The notes under the pieces: generated by a model
Told to the model about the DNA's origin: nothing
Databases searched by the model: none
Seen by the model: the letters and a program-made list of their open reading frames with translations, nothing else
Source: Octopus bimaculoides
Lineage: Eukaryota
DNA length: 57,541 nt
Direction: 5' to 3'
Assembly: GCF_001194135.2 (NCBI RefSeq)
Contig: NC_068984.1
Coordinates: forward strand, 37,512,044 to 37,569,584
Translations under genes and position numbers: made by a program
Shown: piece by piece, positions 23,538-36,189 of the stretch
Layout of the letters: each line of letters starts with the position of its first letter
How positions within the stretch are numbered: the first letter of the stretch is position 1

Positions 23538-24149
23538 ATATATTGTCTATCTGTCCGAATGTTTTATTGTCCTGTATTGCGTTTTTGTTCCATTTTATAT
23601 ATAACATATATATACATATATATACTTACATAGATACATACATATATATATATATACATATACATATAAAGTTAGAAAATGAGAAATGGTAACTTTCGGT
23701 TTCGGGTCGAATGAGGGCATAACTGAAATCAGTTCTTACGCCAGGCAATGTCAACGGTCTTGTTGGACTTCACTGCAAAGACATAATTCTTACTAACGAG
23801 AATTAAATCTGTTCATTGTCAGAAGTATTATAAACGAGCTGTTAATTGGGCAATGCGACGGTCTTAAACTGGTGATGTCAATATAGCAGATTATTGATTT
23901 AGTAAATCAAATGTGAAAGGTTAACTATTGCTTTCATATTTGAAAGATACATCTGAGATCAGATCAGATCTGAGCAGTGGAATAATAATGATTGGTTGGA
24001 ACAAATACGTCGCCTTTTTCAACAGACAATCTATTTCAATTTGCTTGATGCGTATATATATGGGTGTGTGTATGTGTGTTTGTGTGTGTATGTAATTTAC
24101 ATCTATATATATATGTATATATATGTATATATATATATATGTATGTATA

Positions 24150-24249
<100 letters not shown>

Positions 24250-24904
24250 TGTACTTCTATACATACATACCCATACTACACACATACACACACACACACA
24301 CATGTGTGTCTGGCTTTCAGATTTTGACGTAGACGAAACAGCAAGTCGGTTGCTTTGGATCTGTAACGCTCAGTTTCGAATTTTAAAAAGCAAATTTTAT
24401 AGCAGAGGTATATTGTGCACTTATATTTGCTGTTAGTTGTCTCTGAGTGAGTATGAACGTATGTATGCATGTATGTATGCATGTATGTATGTATGTATGT
24501 ATGTATGTATGTATGTATGACGAGTACGCAAAAATTCCGGGATGGTGTCCGGCGTGCTGAAAGCCCACTGGGAGTGAGGCACCCCTCAGCTTTTGTTGAA
24601 TCATGTCTCTAGGAGACGGTCACTCTGATATAAAACCAGTTATGCAGAGAAAAGCACTGGACATTTGGGGGATCTTTGGTTTGTGCTAGAGATCACGGCG
24701 CTCCCACATACCTGTCAATAAAATGGAGAGGGTCTATGAGGTGTTGTGCAAGCCTTATTGGACCTAAAATTCTGCGTAGGCATTGCCAACCTCTGCTCGA
24801 TATGTGCATTTTTTCCCCTATATATATTTATCTTAATTTTAGTAGATATTTTCTTCAATTTTAGTATATATTTATATATCTTTAGTATATTTTTATTTTA
24901 TTTT

Positions 24905-27042
24905 TTATTCGGAAGTCCTGCGGCGATGGGAAGGTGGTGAAGCATGCAGACCTGACGAGTTGGAAGCATGTAGTCAGCGACCTGCACGTAGGCGGCCCAT
25001 GCTAGATATAAAGTCGTCTCCTTGTCGCCCAAGACAGCGGTAGGATTCGGTTGCTGTATGGGTGTCTGAGCAGCTACATTTGGAGAGGGCACTGCTCACC
25101 CGGTGGCGGGGGAGGTTCTAGAAAAGGTGAACCAAAAATTACCTGTCTTTCCATATCTGGTCAGTTTAGCGCGACTGACGGATGTCCACCCTGCGCTCGA
25201 AAAGCAAAGTCTTTTATTTATAAAATCTGGGCGCAACTTAAACATTTCATGTTGGAATGTGCGTTCTCTGTTGGACAACAAGAGTGATTGTAGGCCTGAA
25301 AGACGCACTGCACTTGTTGCTCGCGAGCTGAACCGTTATAATATTGATATATATATCTGCACTCTCAGAAACTCGTATAGAAGGTGATGGTCAGCTTGAG
25401 GAAGTAGGAGGTGGATACACCTTTTTTTGGAAGGGAAGGCAGAAGGAGGAGCGCAGACAGGCTGGTGTTGGTTTTACAGTTCGATCTGATATCCTTAAGA
25501 AGTTGGAAGAGCTCCCTGTTCCTATAAATGAACGTCTAATGACTCTACGGTTGCACTTGAAAGGTAGGCGGTTTGCTACTCTAATAAGTGCCTATGCACC
25601 TACTTTGACTAGCTGTAATGAAGATAAAACAATCCTTTATACCCAGGTGAGAGCCATACTTAGAAAAATCCCCAATTCTGATAAAGTCACTCTACTGGGG
25701 GATTTCAATGCCAGGGATGGAACAGACTGGCAAACATGGAAGTTTCTAGGACGTTTTGGAGTATGGAAAATGAATAGCAATGGTCTCGTGTTACAATAGC
25801 TTTGCGAAGAACATGGACTTTACATCGCAAGCACTCATTTTATGCACAAAGGTGATCACACAACAACGGGGATTATGTCATCAACCGCAAGCGCGACATC
25901 TATGACATTTGTAATGTCAAGTTCTTTCATGGATCGGAATGCTGGACAGACCACAGTCTGGTGCGAGCAAAGTTCCGGATGATGATTAGAGTGAGAGAGA
26001 GGAGAGGACCAGTCAGCATTCCTCGGCGTCTAAATGTCCACAAGATATATGATCTTGTGGTGAGGAAAGAGATTCAGACTTGATTGTCCAGCATTGAAAA
26101 TACTGCAGCATGGGAAGATTTTCGAGACCAGGTTCTTCGATGTGCAGCTGAAACACTGGGATATGCTACTGCCAGACACAGATACTGGTTTGATGAAAAT
26201 GATGCTGAAGTTCAGCGATTATTGGTGGTAAAGCGCCATGCCCACAATGTATTGCTACACAGAGAACTGTCTACTGTGCAGCGAAGTCTAGCACTTGCCC
26301 ACTATAACAGTATAAAATCATTACTGCAGCGATCTCTCGGGAAGATGCAGAGCACTTGGTGGGAGGATCTCGCTCGTGATGTTCAGGCTGCTGCTGATGC
26401 AAATGACAGCAAGAAGCTTTACCATCTTATGAAGCGAGCTTATGGACCTAAGAGCTCCACATCAGCTCCTTTGCTTTCCAAGGAGTCTTCCACTCTGTTT
26501 AGTAAATCAACAGAAATCACAGGTCGCTGGATCGAACACTTCTCTGAACTCCTAAACCATGAGTCAGCTGTGAATGAAACAGTGACTGATACTATGCAAC
26601 AAAGACCTATTATTGGCTCCTTAAACTCCTCGCCCTCAATAGATGAAGTAACGACATCAATAAGTTAACTGAATCTTGGTAGGGCACCTGGAAAGGATGG
26701 AATTTGTGCTGAGGTCTTGCTATTTGGTGGTAATTATATCACACAGTCCCTTCATGAACTTATTAATGCAGTCTGGAGGGATGGTGCAATGCCTAAGGAC
26801 TGGAAGGATGCAATTATTCTTCCTCTATATAAAGGAAAAGGAGCCAGAACAATGTGTGGTAACTACAGAGGTTTTGCTCTACTATCAGCTGCTGGCAAGG
26901 TTCTGGCAAATATTCTTCTTACCCGTCTGAATGGGTGACTCGTAAATGATGTCCTATCTGAATCTCAATGTGGCTTCCGATCTGGTAGAGGGACAATGGA
27001 TATGATTTTCACAGCATGACAGATGCAGGAGAAGTGCAAAGG
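24905..27042 (+). mobile_element. RTE-clade LINE: 5' UTR, APE endonuclease and N-terminal RT; 3'-truncated, inactive
   Basis: ISCWNVRSL, ALSETR, LISAYAPT, LLGDFNAR, TDHSLV, RAPGKDGI, NYRGFALLSAAGKVLA and ESQCGFRSGRGTMDMIF. In-frame stops; frameshift at a TA expansion ~25346-25356. Confidence 0.95.
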
Positions 27043-27351
27043 GGAACGAGACTCTTTGTTTTACAGCCTTACCACCGACCAGGTGACAGGTAAAAATAAA
27101 CTCTCAAGATGAGAAATACATACATATATATATTTATGTATGGAGAATGACCACAAAGAGGTCGAAACCTTATTGTCCAGTGGTCTCGTGGCTGGAAAAT
27201 GGTAGGGTTCACCCCACACCCGTTACTTGCAATATATATATTGGATGCTTGCTGCATCGAATAACCAGCTGCATGAGGCTTCCTTCTGGGCTTAAGAAAA
27301 GCAGTAGCGTCGGTCTTGCGGAACAGCCATGTTTAGATGGCGATAGATATT

Positions 27352-27567
27352 CTTTTCTACTCTAGGTATAAGGCCCGAAATTTTTAGGGAAGGGGCCAGT
27401 CGATTAGATCGACTCCCAGTACGCAACTGGTGCTTAATTTATCGACCTCGAATGGAGGAAAAGCAAAATCGACCTCGGCGGAATTTGAACTCAGAACGTA
27501 AAGACAGGTGAAATACCGCTAAGCCTTTCACCCGGCATGCTAACGTTTCTGCTAGCTCGCCACCTTC
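27352..27567 (-). mobile_element. Full-length SINE family B with 17-bp TSD
   Basis: Head GGCGAGCTAGCAGAAACGTTAGC, B-box GAGTTCAAATTCC. TSD AGATGGCGATAGATATT (27335-27351) / AGGTGGCAATAGATATT (27568-27584); the site is single-copy in the sister unit. Confidence 0.9.
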
Positions 27568-27731
27568 AGGTGGCAATAGATATTGCTTCTCAATGTGGTT
27601 CCTGCTTTCGTCTCTTGTAGAGATTTCCGAACTCACTAATTTGCATGTTGCAAGATCAGTGACAGTGTGTCACTATTTTTCTATATATTGCGAGCTGGAA
27701 TGAATTAACGTTATCGCTAGCAGACGAGAAT

Positions 27732-27780
27732 CCACCACCGAGGATGACTACAAAGTGGTCGAAACTGTATGGTCTGGTGG
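27732..27780 (+). ncRNA. Type I hammerhead ribozyme (U4C), GUC cleavage triplet
   Basis: CCACCA-CCGAGGA-T-GACTAC(aaa)GTGGTC-GAAA-CTGTATGG-TC-TGGTGG. Stem I is a perfect 6 bp; stem II is 6 bp with one GU. Confidence 0.7.
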
Positions 27781-28007
27781 TCTTTGTGGCTGGAAGATGG
27801 TAGGAATTCAATCCTCTACATGCAATATATATCGGATGCAGATTGCATCGAATAACCAGTTGGAGGAGGCATCCTCCTGGGCTTAAGAAAGGCAATACCG
27901 TCGGTCCCTGTGGAGCAGCCATGTTTAGGTGGCGATAGGTATTGCTTCTTAGTGTGGTTGCTGGTTTCGACTCTCATAGAGATTTTCTAACTGGCTAATT
28001 CGCTTGT

Positions 28008-28045
<38 letters not shown>

Positions 28046-28862
28046 NNNNNNNNNNNNNNNNNNNNNNNNNNNNNNNNNNNNNNNNNNNNNNNNNNNNNNN
28101 NNNNNNNNNNNNNNNNNNNNNNNNNNNNNNNNNNNNNNNNNNNNNNNNNNNNNNNNNNNNNNNNNNNNNNNNNNNNNNNNNNNNNNNNNNNNNNNNNNNN
28201 NNNNNNNNNNNNNNNNNNNNNNNNNNNNNNNNNNNNNNNNNNNNNNNNNNNNNNNNNNNNNNNNNNNNNNNNNNNNNNNNNNNNNNNNNNNNNNNNNNNN
28301 NNNNNNNNNNNNNNNNNNNNNNNNNNNNNNNNNNNNNNNNNNNNNNNNNNNNNNNNNNNNNNNNNNNNNNNNNNNNNNNNNNNNNNNNNNNNNNNNNNNN
28401 NNNNNNNNNNNNNNNNNNNNNNNNNNNNNNNNNNNNNNNNNNNNNNNNNNNNNNNNNNNNNNNNNNNNNNNNNNNNNNNNNNNNNNNNNNNNNNNNNNNN
28501 NNNNNNNNNNNNNNNNNNNNNNNNNNNNNNNNNNNNNNNNNNNNNNNNNNNNNNNNNNNNNNNNNNNNNNNNNNNNNNNNNNNNNNNNNNNNNNNNNNNN
28601 NNNNNNNNNNNNNNNNNNNNNNNNNNNNNNNNNNNNNNNNNNNNNNNNNNNNNNNNNNNNNNNNNNNNNNNNNNNNNNNNNNNNNNNNNNNNNNNNNNNN
28701 NNNNNNNNNNNNNNNNNNNNNNNNNNNNNNNNNNNNNNNNNNNNNNNNNNNNNNNNNNNNNNNNNNNNNNNNNNNNNNNNNNNNNNNNNNNNNNNNNNNN
28801 NNNNNNNNNNNNNNNNNNNNNNNNNNNNNNNNNNNNNNNNNNNNNNNNNNNNNNNNNNNNNN
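28046..28862. other. Assembly gap (N run) flanked by (TA)n, truncating the hammerhead tandem array
   Basis: N run in the sequence. Confidence 0.99.
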
Positions 28863-28907
<45 letters not shown>

Positions 28908-29584
28908 TTCTCTCTCTTTCTATCTACCTATCTTCGTTTCCCTCTCTTTTTTACGTAATTCGATACTAACCACTGAACAATTTCCAGAAACTCATTACTG
29001 AAAGTTCTCCACCAAAAAAGGTTTGAATGTGTGGAACAGAGACATTTTCTCCAATACTTGAAAATAATAGTTATTTTCCAGATCTTAACGGTCCATGCAG
29101 CCATTACGATACCGGAAACAACATGTCTAGTTTGGAGAGCTGCCATGCTTATTATTCATGCGACTGATATAACAAGTATTTGTAGTTGGCATAGTTGTAG
29201 TTGTAACTGTGACTGTGATGATGGTTGCTTAGATGTTTTATGGTAAAATTCCGTTCGTATGAACATTACATAGAATACTAATACAAAAGGTATTTTATGT
29301 CGTAAATCAATCCAAGGACAGTTTTTGCCTACCATTCAAACCTGAGCTCCAACCTACAGAAGTAAGTCTAATAACTTGACAACAGAGTAGGTTTGGGGAA
29401 ATGAACTCCCGTCAATTATGTTACTGCATATTCGTTTATTTACTTTATTTGGTCATATTTCTTCATTCTTTAATTTTATTTCTCCATTTCTTCTTCAGTC
29501 TTTCTTCATCTCTTGAAAATAATGATACTTTTTTTTCCTCGTTGCCTTTTCGTTTTGCGACTTACTTTCGATTTCTCAACGTCT

Positions 29585-29690
<106 letters not shown>

Positions 29691-30126
29691 TTTGTATTAA
29701 TATTAGTATTATTACTTACCATTCAGAGCTGAGTTACACATAAGCATTATCATGTTCTCTCATCCGCAGCTTATGTAACGACAATAAAGAAATTATTATT
29801 TTTCTCCTACTTCTCGAATTTCTAAAAGGGTGAGTGACTGTGGCGACGATATGGTTAGAATGAATGGAGCTACTCTAAGCATGCGCTTCTAGGTCGTAGA
29901 ACAGCAAGAATGCGCTTAACCTTGATAGTGAAGGTGATCTTGAATCAATCAAGTACTCTGATGAAGACCTTCCTGTGTCAGTAAGACCTTATCATTCATA
30001 TGCAATGTATACTTTTTTATTTTGTTCCATCTCTATTACTTCAATTTCATATCCCTTTCAGCCGATGTCCCTGTGTAAAATAAAAGAAATCATCATCATC
30101 ATCATCATCATCATCGTCATCATCAT

Positions 30127-30195
30127 TAAGACGTCGAACTGGCAGAATCGTTAGCACGCAGGACAAAATGCTTAACGGCATTTCGTCCGTCTTTA
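30127..30195 (+). mobile_element. SINE family B head fragment
   Basis: GAACTGGCAGAATCGTTAGCACGCAGGACAAAATGCTTAACGGCATTTCGTCC. Confidence 0.8.
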
Positions 30196-31000
30196 GTTCA
30201 GTGGGCCCTTTTAAGTCTCCTTTCTGAAGCCATTGCCAGGATCTATTCCAATCAATCGCATTTTTATTTTTCAAGAACTGACTGTGCATTTTCTTGTCCT
30301 GCCAAATTTTCTTCATCTACTCTCTCTGGTCTTTCTTAAATTGCGTTGGATCTACGGTTTCATTCACTTTTAAGATTCCCTGTATTTTCACTGCTTCAAC
30401 CATTTTTCTTTATTCCCCTTCACATACCAAGCCAGGCTATTCTCCTCTTCCCCTACACAATCTTCTCACACACCAATCTCCGTCCTCCTTCTTTCCTCTT
30501 TACATACAATCTTGACACATCACTCTTGGTGTGTAGTTCCTTGTTCTTTGTCATTAATTTACGTGTTCTCCGGTCTATCTCTTGTAATTCATGCTTCTTC
30601 CAAGATACTATTCCTGCCTCATATCTCATCAAAGCAACCGCCCACGTGTTAATTGCTCTAATCTTATAGCTGCCATTTAGCTTCGATTGGAGCACAAACC
30701 GAGTTCCCCTCAAATACACTTTCTTGTACATTGCTTTCATCTTGTGTTCATTCATCTTATCTCTGTCAATGATACCCAGGTACTTATATCCTTCTTCCCT
30801 GACTTCCTTTATAGGTTCACCACTTTCCCGCTTGATCCCATGGCTTTTACTAATCCCCCCCCCTTTTTGAGAATCATTACACCAAGTTTCTCGATCCCAA
30901 ATTCCATGCCAATATCTTTGCTAATCATCTGCACAGTTGCCGTCATAATCTTGAATTTTTTTTCAGCCTTAGCGAATAGCTTTAGGTCATCCATAAGCCA

Positions 31001-31003
<3 letters not shown>
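30196..31003 (-). mobile_element. R4/Dong-clade LINE RT C-terminal fragment, 5' end at (TAA)n
   Basis: LMDDLKLF, DIGMEFGIEK, YKYLG, KIRAINTWAV, SRLYVKRKEGG and WQWLQKGDLK. Confidence 0.85.
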
Positions 31004-31066
<63 letters not shown>

Positions 31067-31080
31067 CATTATTATTATTA

Positions 31081-31135
<55 letters not shown>

Positions 31136-31150
31136 CATCATCATTATTAT
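31004..31150. repeat. (ATT)n microsatellite
   Basis: Direct reading of the sequence. Confidence 0.95.
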
Positions 31151-31399
31151 TAGTAGTAGTCTTTGATCTGACCTTGTTGCTTTGTTATTATAAGCTATCT
31201 CTTTCATTCAAGTACACAGTATGTTGATGTGAGTGTTGTTGGAACGAGTCAGACAATTCTGCAATCCTCTTTCAATTAAAAATTAATGTCAAGTGTAACA
31301 TATGAAGATCACTGTTTTAGCGGAGTGGACACAGTTGCTCAAGGTTGGAATAGGACTTAACGTAAACAATAAGTACAAGAGATATTCGTATGTAATTAG

Positions 31400-31437
31400 A
31401 CTGTTGTTGTTTTCGTTGTTCCTGCTGCTTCTGCTGC

Positions 31438-31518
<81 letters not shown>

Positions 31519-31705
31519 GCCGCATGTCGGCTCAAATCGCTGATATAATATCTAATAAGATTTAATAACAACAGCAGCAACGACGTTCAAGCTGTGACCA
31601 TCCAGTTTTATTATATATCCGGGACTACGTTATTTAAAGCGCCCTTTTCTACAACAATAGGATATGATATAAAAAAAAGATTTGGCTGCTATTTCTAGCA
31701 GGTTG
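31400..31705 (-). mobile_element. Repeat family E with (CAA)n tail
   Basis: Minus strand CCTGCTAGAAATAGCAGCCAAATC...GGCTAAACAACAAC. Related to 38265-38600 (+) and a 24-bp piece near 11530-11553. Confidence 0.6.
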
Positions 31706-34700
31706 AGCAAACAAACAGATTTATTTTCCCATTAGCTCGAGAAAGCTTGATAATCTACATCGTTATTGAAGTTGGCTTTTAACCACATGAGGATAGAACA
31801 CCGTCAATGTTTTACCAAATATAAGTTTATGACTGAATCTTTGAGACGTGGCAGTTATTTCCTGCTTTAACTTGGTCATTGTTTGGTTTAGGACTAGACA
31901 TTTTCTTTTCTCCTCACACTTTTTTTCCACCATTCTTTCTTTTAACCTATTTGTCTTTGGCACTGTGTGTATTTGTTGTCTGCCTTGCATATGACGCTTG
32001 TATATTACTTCGTATGATACTTCTTTATTCTTTATTTCATTTAAACTCATTCAACAAAATAATAGTCTCTTTCTAAGAGACAAGATTCTTTTTCTCTCCT
32101 TCCATCATCTTTAATTCTATTTATTTTGTTATTGTTGTCATTGTTGTTGTTGCTGTTGTTTTCATTCTGATGTTTTTCTTGTATTTTTTTCTCTCTCTTC
32201 CTTTGTCTGATGGCGTCAACTAAAAGATAACTATTTTGTTTCTCAATGAATGAATCTGATTTTGAATATTTCAGCAATAACGTTACTGATAGTGGCTGTT
32301 TGATGAAAGTTTTATAACTGTTTTTGATGGTTGTTTTATTGATTGAGTTTAAGTATTAATCACTAGTTTGTGTTAGGATATTAGAAATGATTATATTATT
32401 AGTTTCACACACACTGGAATCAAATAACTTTCGCAAAAGGTTAAATTCATGTATTTAATATCTTATTAAAAATTCTGAGCCTAGACCTTTTCTCCTTCGG
32501 AAAATGTTCAAGTACTGCTCTAGTCTTGAACCGTTGATTAAGGTAATTGTTCTTTTATTTATCTTTATTTATTTACTTATTTATTATTTTATTTTTTTGC
32601 AACATCTCAACGGAAGATAACTAAGCTGCTTTTCATTGAATGAATGTGATTTTGAATGTTTGAGCAATAACATTACTTATTGTTAGACGAAAAAGTTTCA
32701 AAATGTCTTTTGTGTATTGATTTCGCGTATTAATTACTTTCAGTGATTATGTTATTACTTTCTGATATTTGTAACGTATTTATCTCACTCTGTCTCTCTT
32801 CCCTTCTTTCTCTCTTCTCTCTTCTCCGTCTTTGTTAGTTGGCATCAACTAAAAGATAACTATAATCTATCTCTCTTATAATATAAGAGCGAGTGGAGTA
32901 AACTAATAAAATGAGTCCAAGTCAATTGAGTTGATAGGGTATCTATAATGATTATGGTTGGTTTAACGGTTTGTGTGTCTGGTAGAGAGTTGTGTCCATT
33001 TTGTAATGACTTAATCAGGAGAGGAAGAGTCGTAACAATAACGCTATTCAGAGCCTCTGAGACTTTTGAAACGAAGTGAGAGCGTTACCCTCAAGCCAAG
33101 ATCCAAGTTCAAAATTGCAATACTTTGAACTTCACTTAAGGCATCTTAGTGGATCGGTGGTGAAGTTAACTAGGGCGACAAACTGAGTGCCACTCAAGTG
33201 CAGTAACAAAGTGCTGCTCAATGAAACTGAACATGAGACAAATAAGTAGCAAAGTGGAATTCTTGAATACACATCTATTCATAAGTTCGTAGATATATAC
33301 CATTTAGTGTACATGATGTGCTGAATAACAGTGCTATGCTATCATAGGCAAAGGGATCTTAGGTAGATAAAGCCTGCCGTTGTAAAAACAACAAGGCTAA
33401 TATATAATTAAAATAGTCTCATTAGCTTGATGAGTTCATTTTAGTTTCTGTGCCTGAAACATGACTGACACTCATGCAAGTGATTTTCTTTAACCAACGT
33501 CAATTAATACCTGTTCTAAAGTGAATTCTAGATGTCTAGATTGAACGCAACTTCGATTTCTGAATATAGCTAATGACACTATAATCTGGAAAGAACAAGT
33601 ATCTATTGGTTGACTTTCCCTCGTGGCAGAACACAGTGACGGGGACTTCGTTGAATGTTACTGTATATGCTCCGTTTCACGCATAAATTTACGACGAGAC
33701 CGAGTTCTACAAACATTAATGGATTTATGAATTTTATGTTCCAAACTAAAAATTTTAAAAAAAGCAAATAAGAAAACACTAAAATCATTAATAAAAATAA
33801 TTATACTTGGATAAAGTTGAGCGCTATCGGGGACTAAATATTTTGCTTAAGTAAACGAACGTTTACTGCCTAGGTTCAACTATATAGTCCCTCATATATA
33901 TGTAAGCGATACAACTTATGTTACCCATGCAGAGTACTCTGAATGTATTTTTCCGCAACGTTCTGACATTTCTCATTGATAAAGTGATAGCTTCATTCCT
34001 TTATTTTTGTTTGTTTCTTTCTTTTATTTTTTTTCTTCTCATTAGCCATTTTATTTTCTCTATGCGTCTCTCTTTCTGTTGTCTGATGAAAGAGAAATTC
34101 TTGGAAAGTTAAGCTATGGGTTAATACCTCCCTTGTTAAACACTTCTCGTGCTGTACAGTACCTTCAATTTTCATGATATTTGCACCATATAAATAATAC
34201 TTACGCGACCTCCTCGACATTCGAGTTCAGAACTCCAACTTCGAACTGTACATTAGATTAGAGACTAAATTGCCTTGTATCATCTTTAAACAGCTCTTTG
34301 CGCGACATTTTATCTTTATATTTCTTCTTCTCCATCCCCGTTTATCCCTTTCTATTTGATATAATTTTACCTTTGCTTCTGTCTTTTCTCCTCACATTTT
34401 CTGTCACTTCTTCGCACCTATTTTCCCAAATCTTTCCCAAACTGCGCACACTTTGTATTCTTTCTACCTTCTTAACACCTCCCATAGAATATCATTTCTA
34501 GTTGGTTTCTAATCTTTGTTCGTGTTGTTATTTCAATCTTCTCGCTCACTCAATCTCTTGATCACTACTGGTTCTCCCTCTATTTTTCTTCTGATGATGG
34601 ACTAGTGTTTGAAAAGTTAAAGCATTTATCTTCTACCTTATTTGTCAAATTTTGCTCCTCATATATTTCCGTTCTGAATTCTCATTGAATTTGCAGCATA

Positions 34701-34748
34701 TATATATATATGTCTGTCTGTATGTATGTACGCATGTATGTATGTATG

Positions 34749-34779
<31 letters not shown>

Positions 34780-35871
34780 GTATGCAGTTAGGTAGATACA
34801 CAATTAGACAGACGGACAGATGCATTCATACACACATATATATGCATATGCACATTTATATACATATATCTGCATTTATATGTACACATATATGTATATA
34901 TTCATAGGTATGCACTTACATGCACATATATATATACATACATGTATATATATTTATATATGTATATACATGCATATATATATATATGTATATATATATA
35001 TNNNNNNNNNNNNNNNNNNNNNNNNNNNNNNNNNNNNNNNNNNNNNNNNNNNNNNNNNNNNNNNNNNNNNNNNNNNNNNNNNNNNNNNNNNNNNNNNNNN
35101 NNNNNNNNNNNNNNNNNNNNNNNNNNNNNNNNNNNNNNNNNNNNNNNNNNNNNNNNNNNNNNNNNNNNNNNNNNNNATATATATATATATATATACGTAT
35201 ATGTATGTATGTATGTATATATATTATAGCTGAGCATTTACTGCTACAATTCACTTTTGTCCTGTCTACAGTGCAATTCATAAGCTACTTAACTGTCCAA
35301 ACAAATAGGTCACTTCCATTAATATGCCTGTCTTAGAATGATGATCCATTTTGAACTCAACATCCTTTCAATACATCGAATCCAGTTGGGATATCTTAGC
35401 ATGATGGACATTAATGTAAATCACCTAGTACTGCACACAGTTAAGTTGCCGGCGAATTCTTACTAACTACCAGGATGCACATAAATGGGGCTTTTCAACC
35501 AATTTATACATGGGACTCTTATTGTATGCTCACCTGATGTATAAACAGCTGTAGACATCTTTTTTTTTTTTTTTGCACATTATCTTTGTTAACAAAAAAG
35601 ACGGAGACCAGCCAGATTAATTTCCATATGCTGGAATTTTTTCGATAATTATGTAACCTCTTCACTTCTTCGGAGCTACTACTTATAAACCCACTATTGC
35701 TATGTGTTAGACAAGTTAGATTCTTCAATTCCAATTTACAACACATGTTTGTTTGCTAGTTCGGTTAATAAATTACTGGTGCATTAATAGTCTTTTGCTT
35801 GAATACTGTACATCACTACAGAATATATTCATACATTTTTGTCCAATACTGACAAAATAAAGAGCAAAGTG

Positions 35872-36189
35872 TAAAGACTCCCTTATGAATGACCATGGGA
35901 TTGCACCTAGAAATTACCCTCCGAGGCACAAGTCCGGGCAAGGTCGTTGATGGAAGACTAACAGTCGTCCATGCATACCAGCGTCCCCTCTCCACACCAC
36001 CAATGTCATCCAAGGGAAAGGCAAAGGCCGATACAACTTGGCACCAGTGATGTCGCAATTCATTTCTACAGCTGAGTAGAAAGGAGCAACGTGAAATAAA
36101 GTATCTTGCTCAAGAACACAGCACACAGCCTGGTCCAAGAATCTCATGATTGTGAGCCTGACGCTTTAACCACTGAGCCATGCGCCTTC
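35872..36189 (-). mobile_element. tRNA-derived SINE (family D)
   Basis: Head GGCGCATGGCTCAGTGGTTAAAGCGTCAGGCTC, CORE-like GTTCTTGAGCAAGATACTT and a unique 3' part. Confidence 0.8.

Larger units (their letters stand above)
27140..28005 (+). repeat. Two diverged tandem units (~364-nt monomer after removing the SINE), each starting with a hammerhead; retrozyme-like
   Basis: 27149-27640 (minus SINE) is colinear with 27746-28005. HHR motifs at 27149-27183 and 27732-27780. Confidence 0.8.

Noticed and set aside
24949-25090. Possible hammerhead (CUGACGA) or HDV-like ribozyme in the RTE 5' UTR
   Set aside because: There is no stem II or GAAA, and CTGAC pairs simply with GTCAG. The HDV reading lacks P1.1 and the catalytic C.
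29960-29995. CTGATGA-A-GAC..GTC hammerhead-like start
   Set aside because: GAAA and stem III are absent.
33555-33680. Minus frame NGAYTVTFNEVPVTVFCH reminiscent of GON/fibrinogen-type motifs
   Set aside because: Bounded by stops, no credible splice sites, and the similarity is too short.
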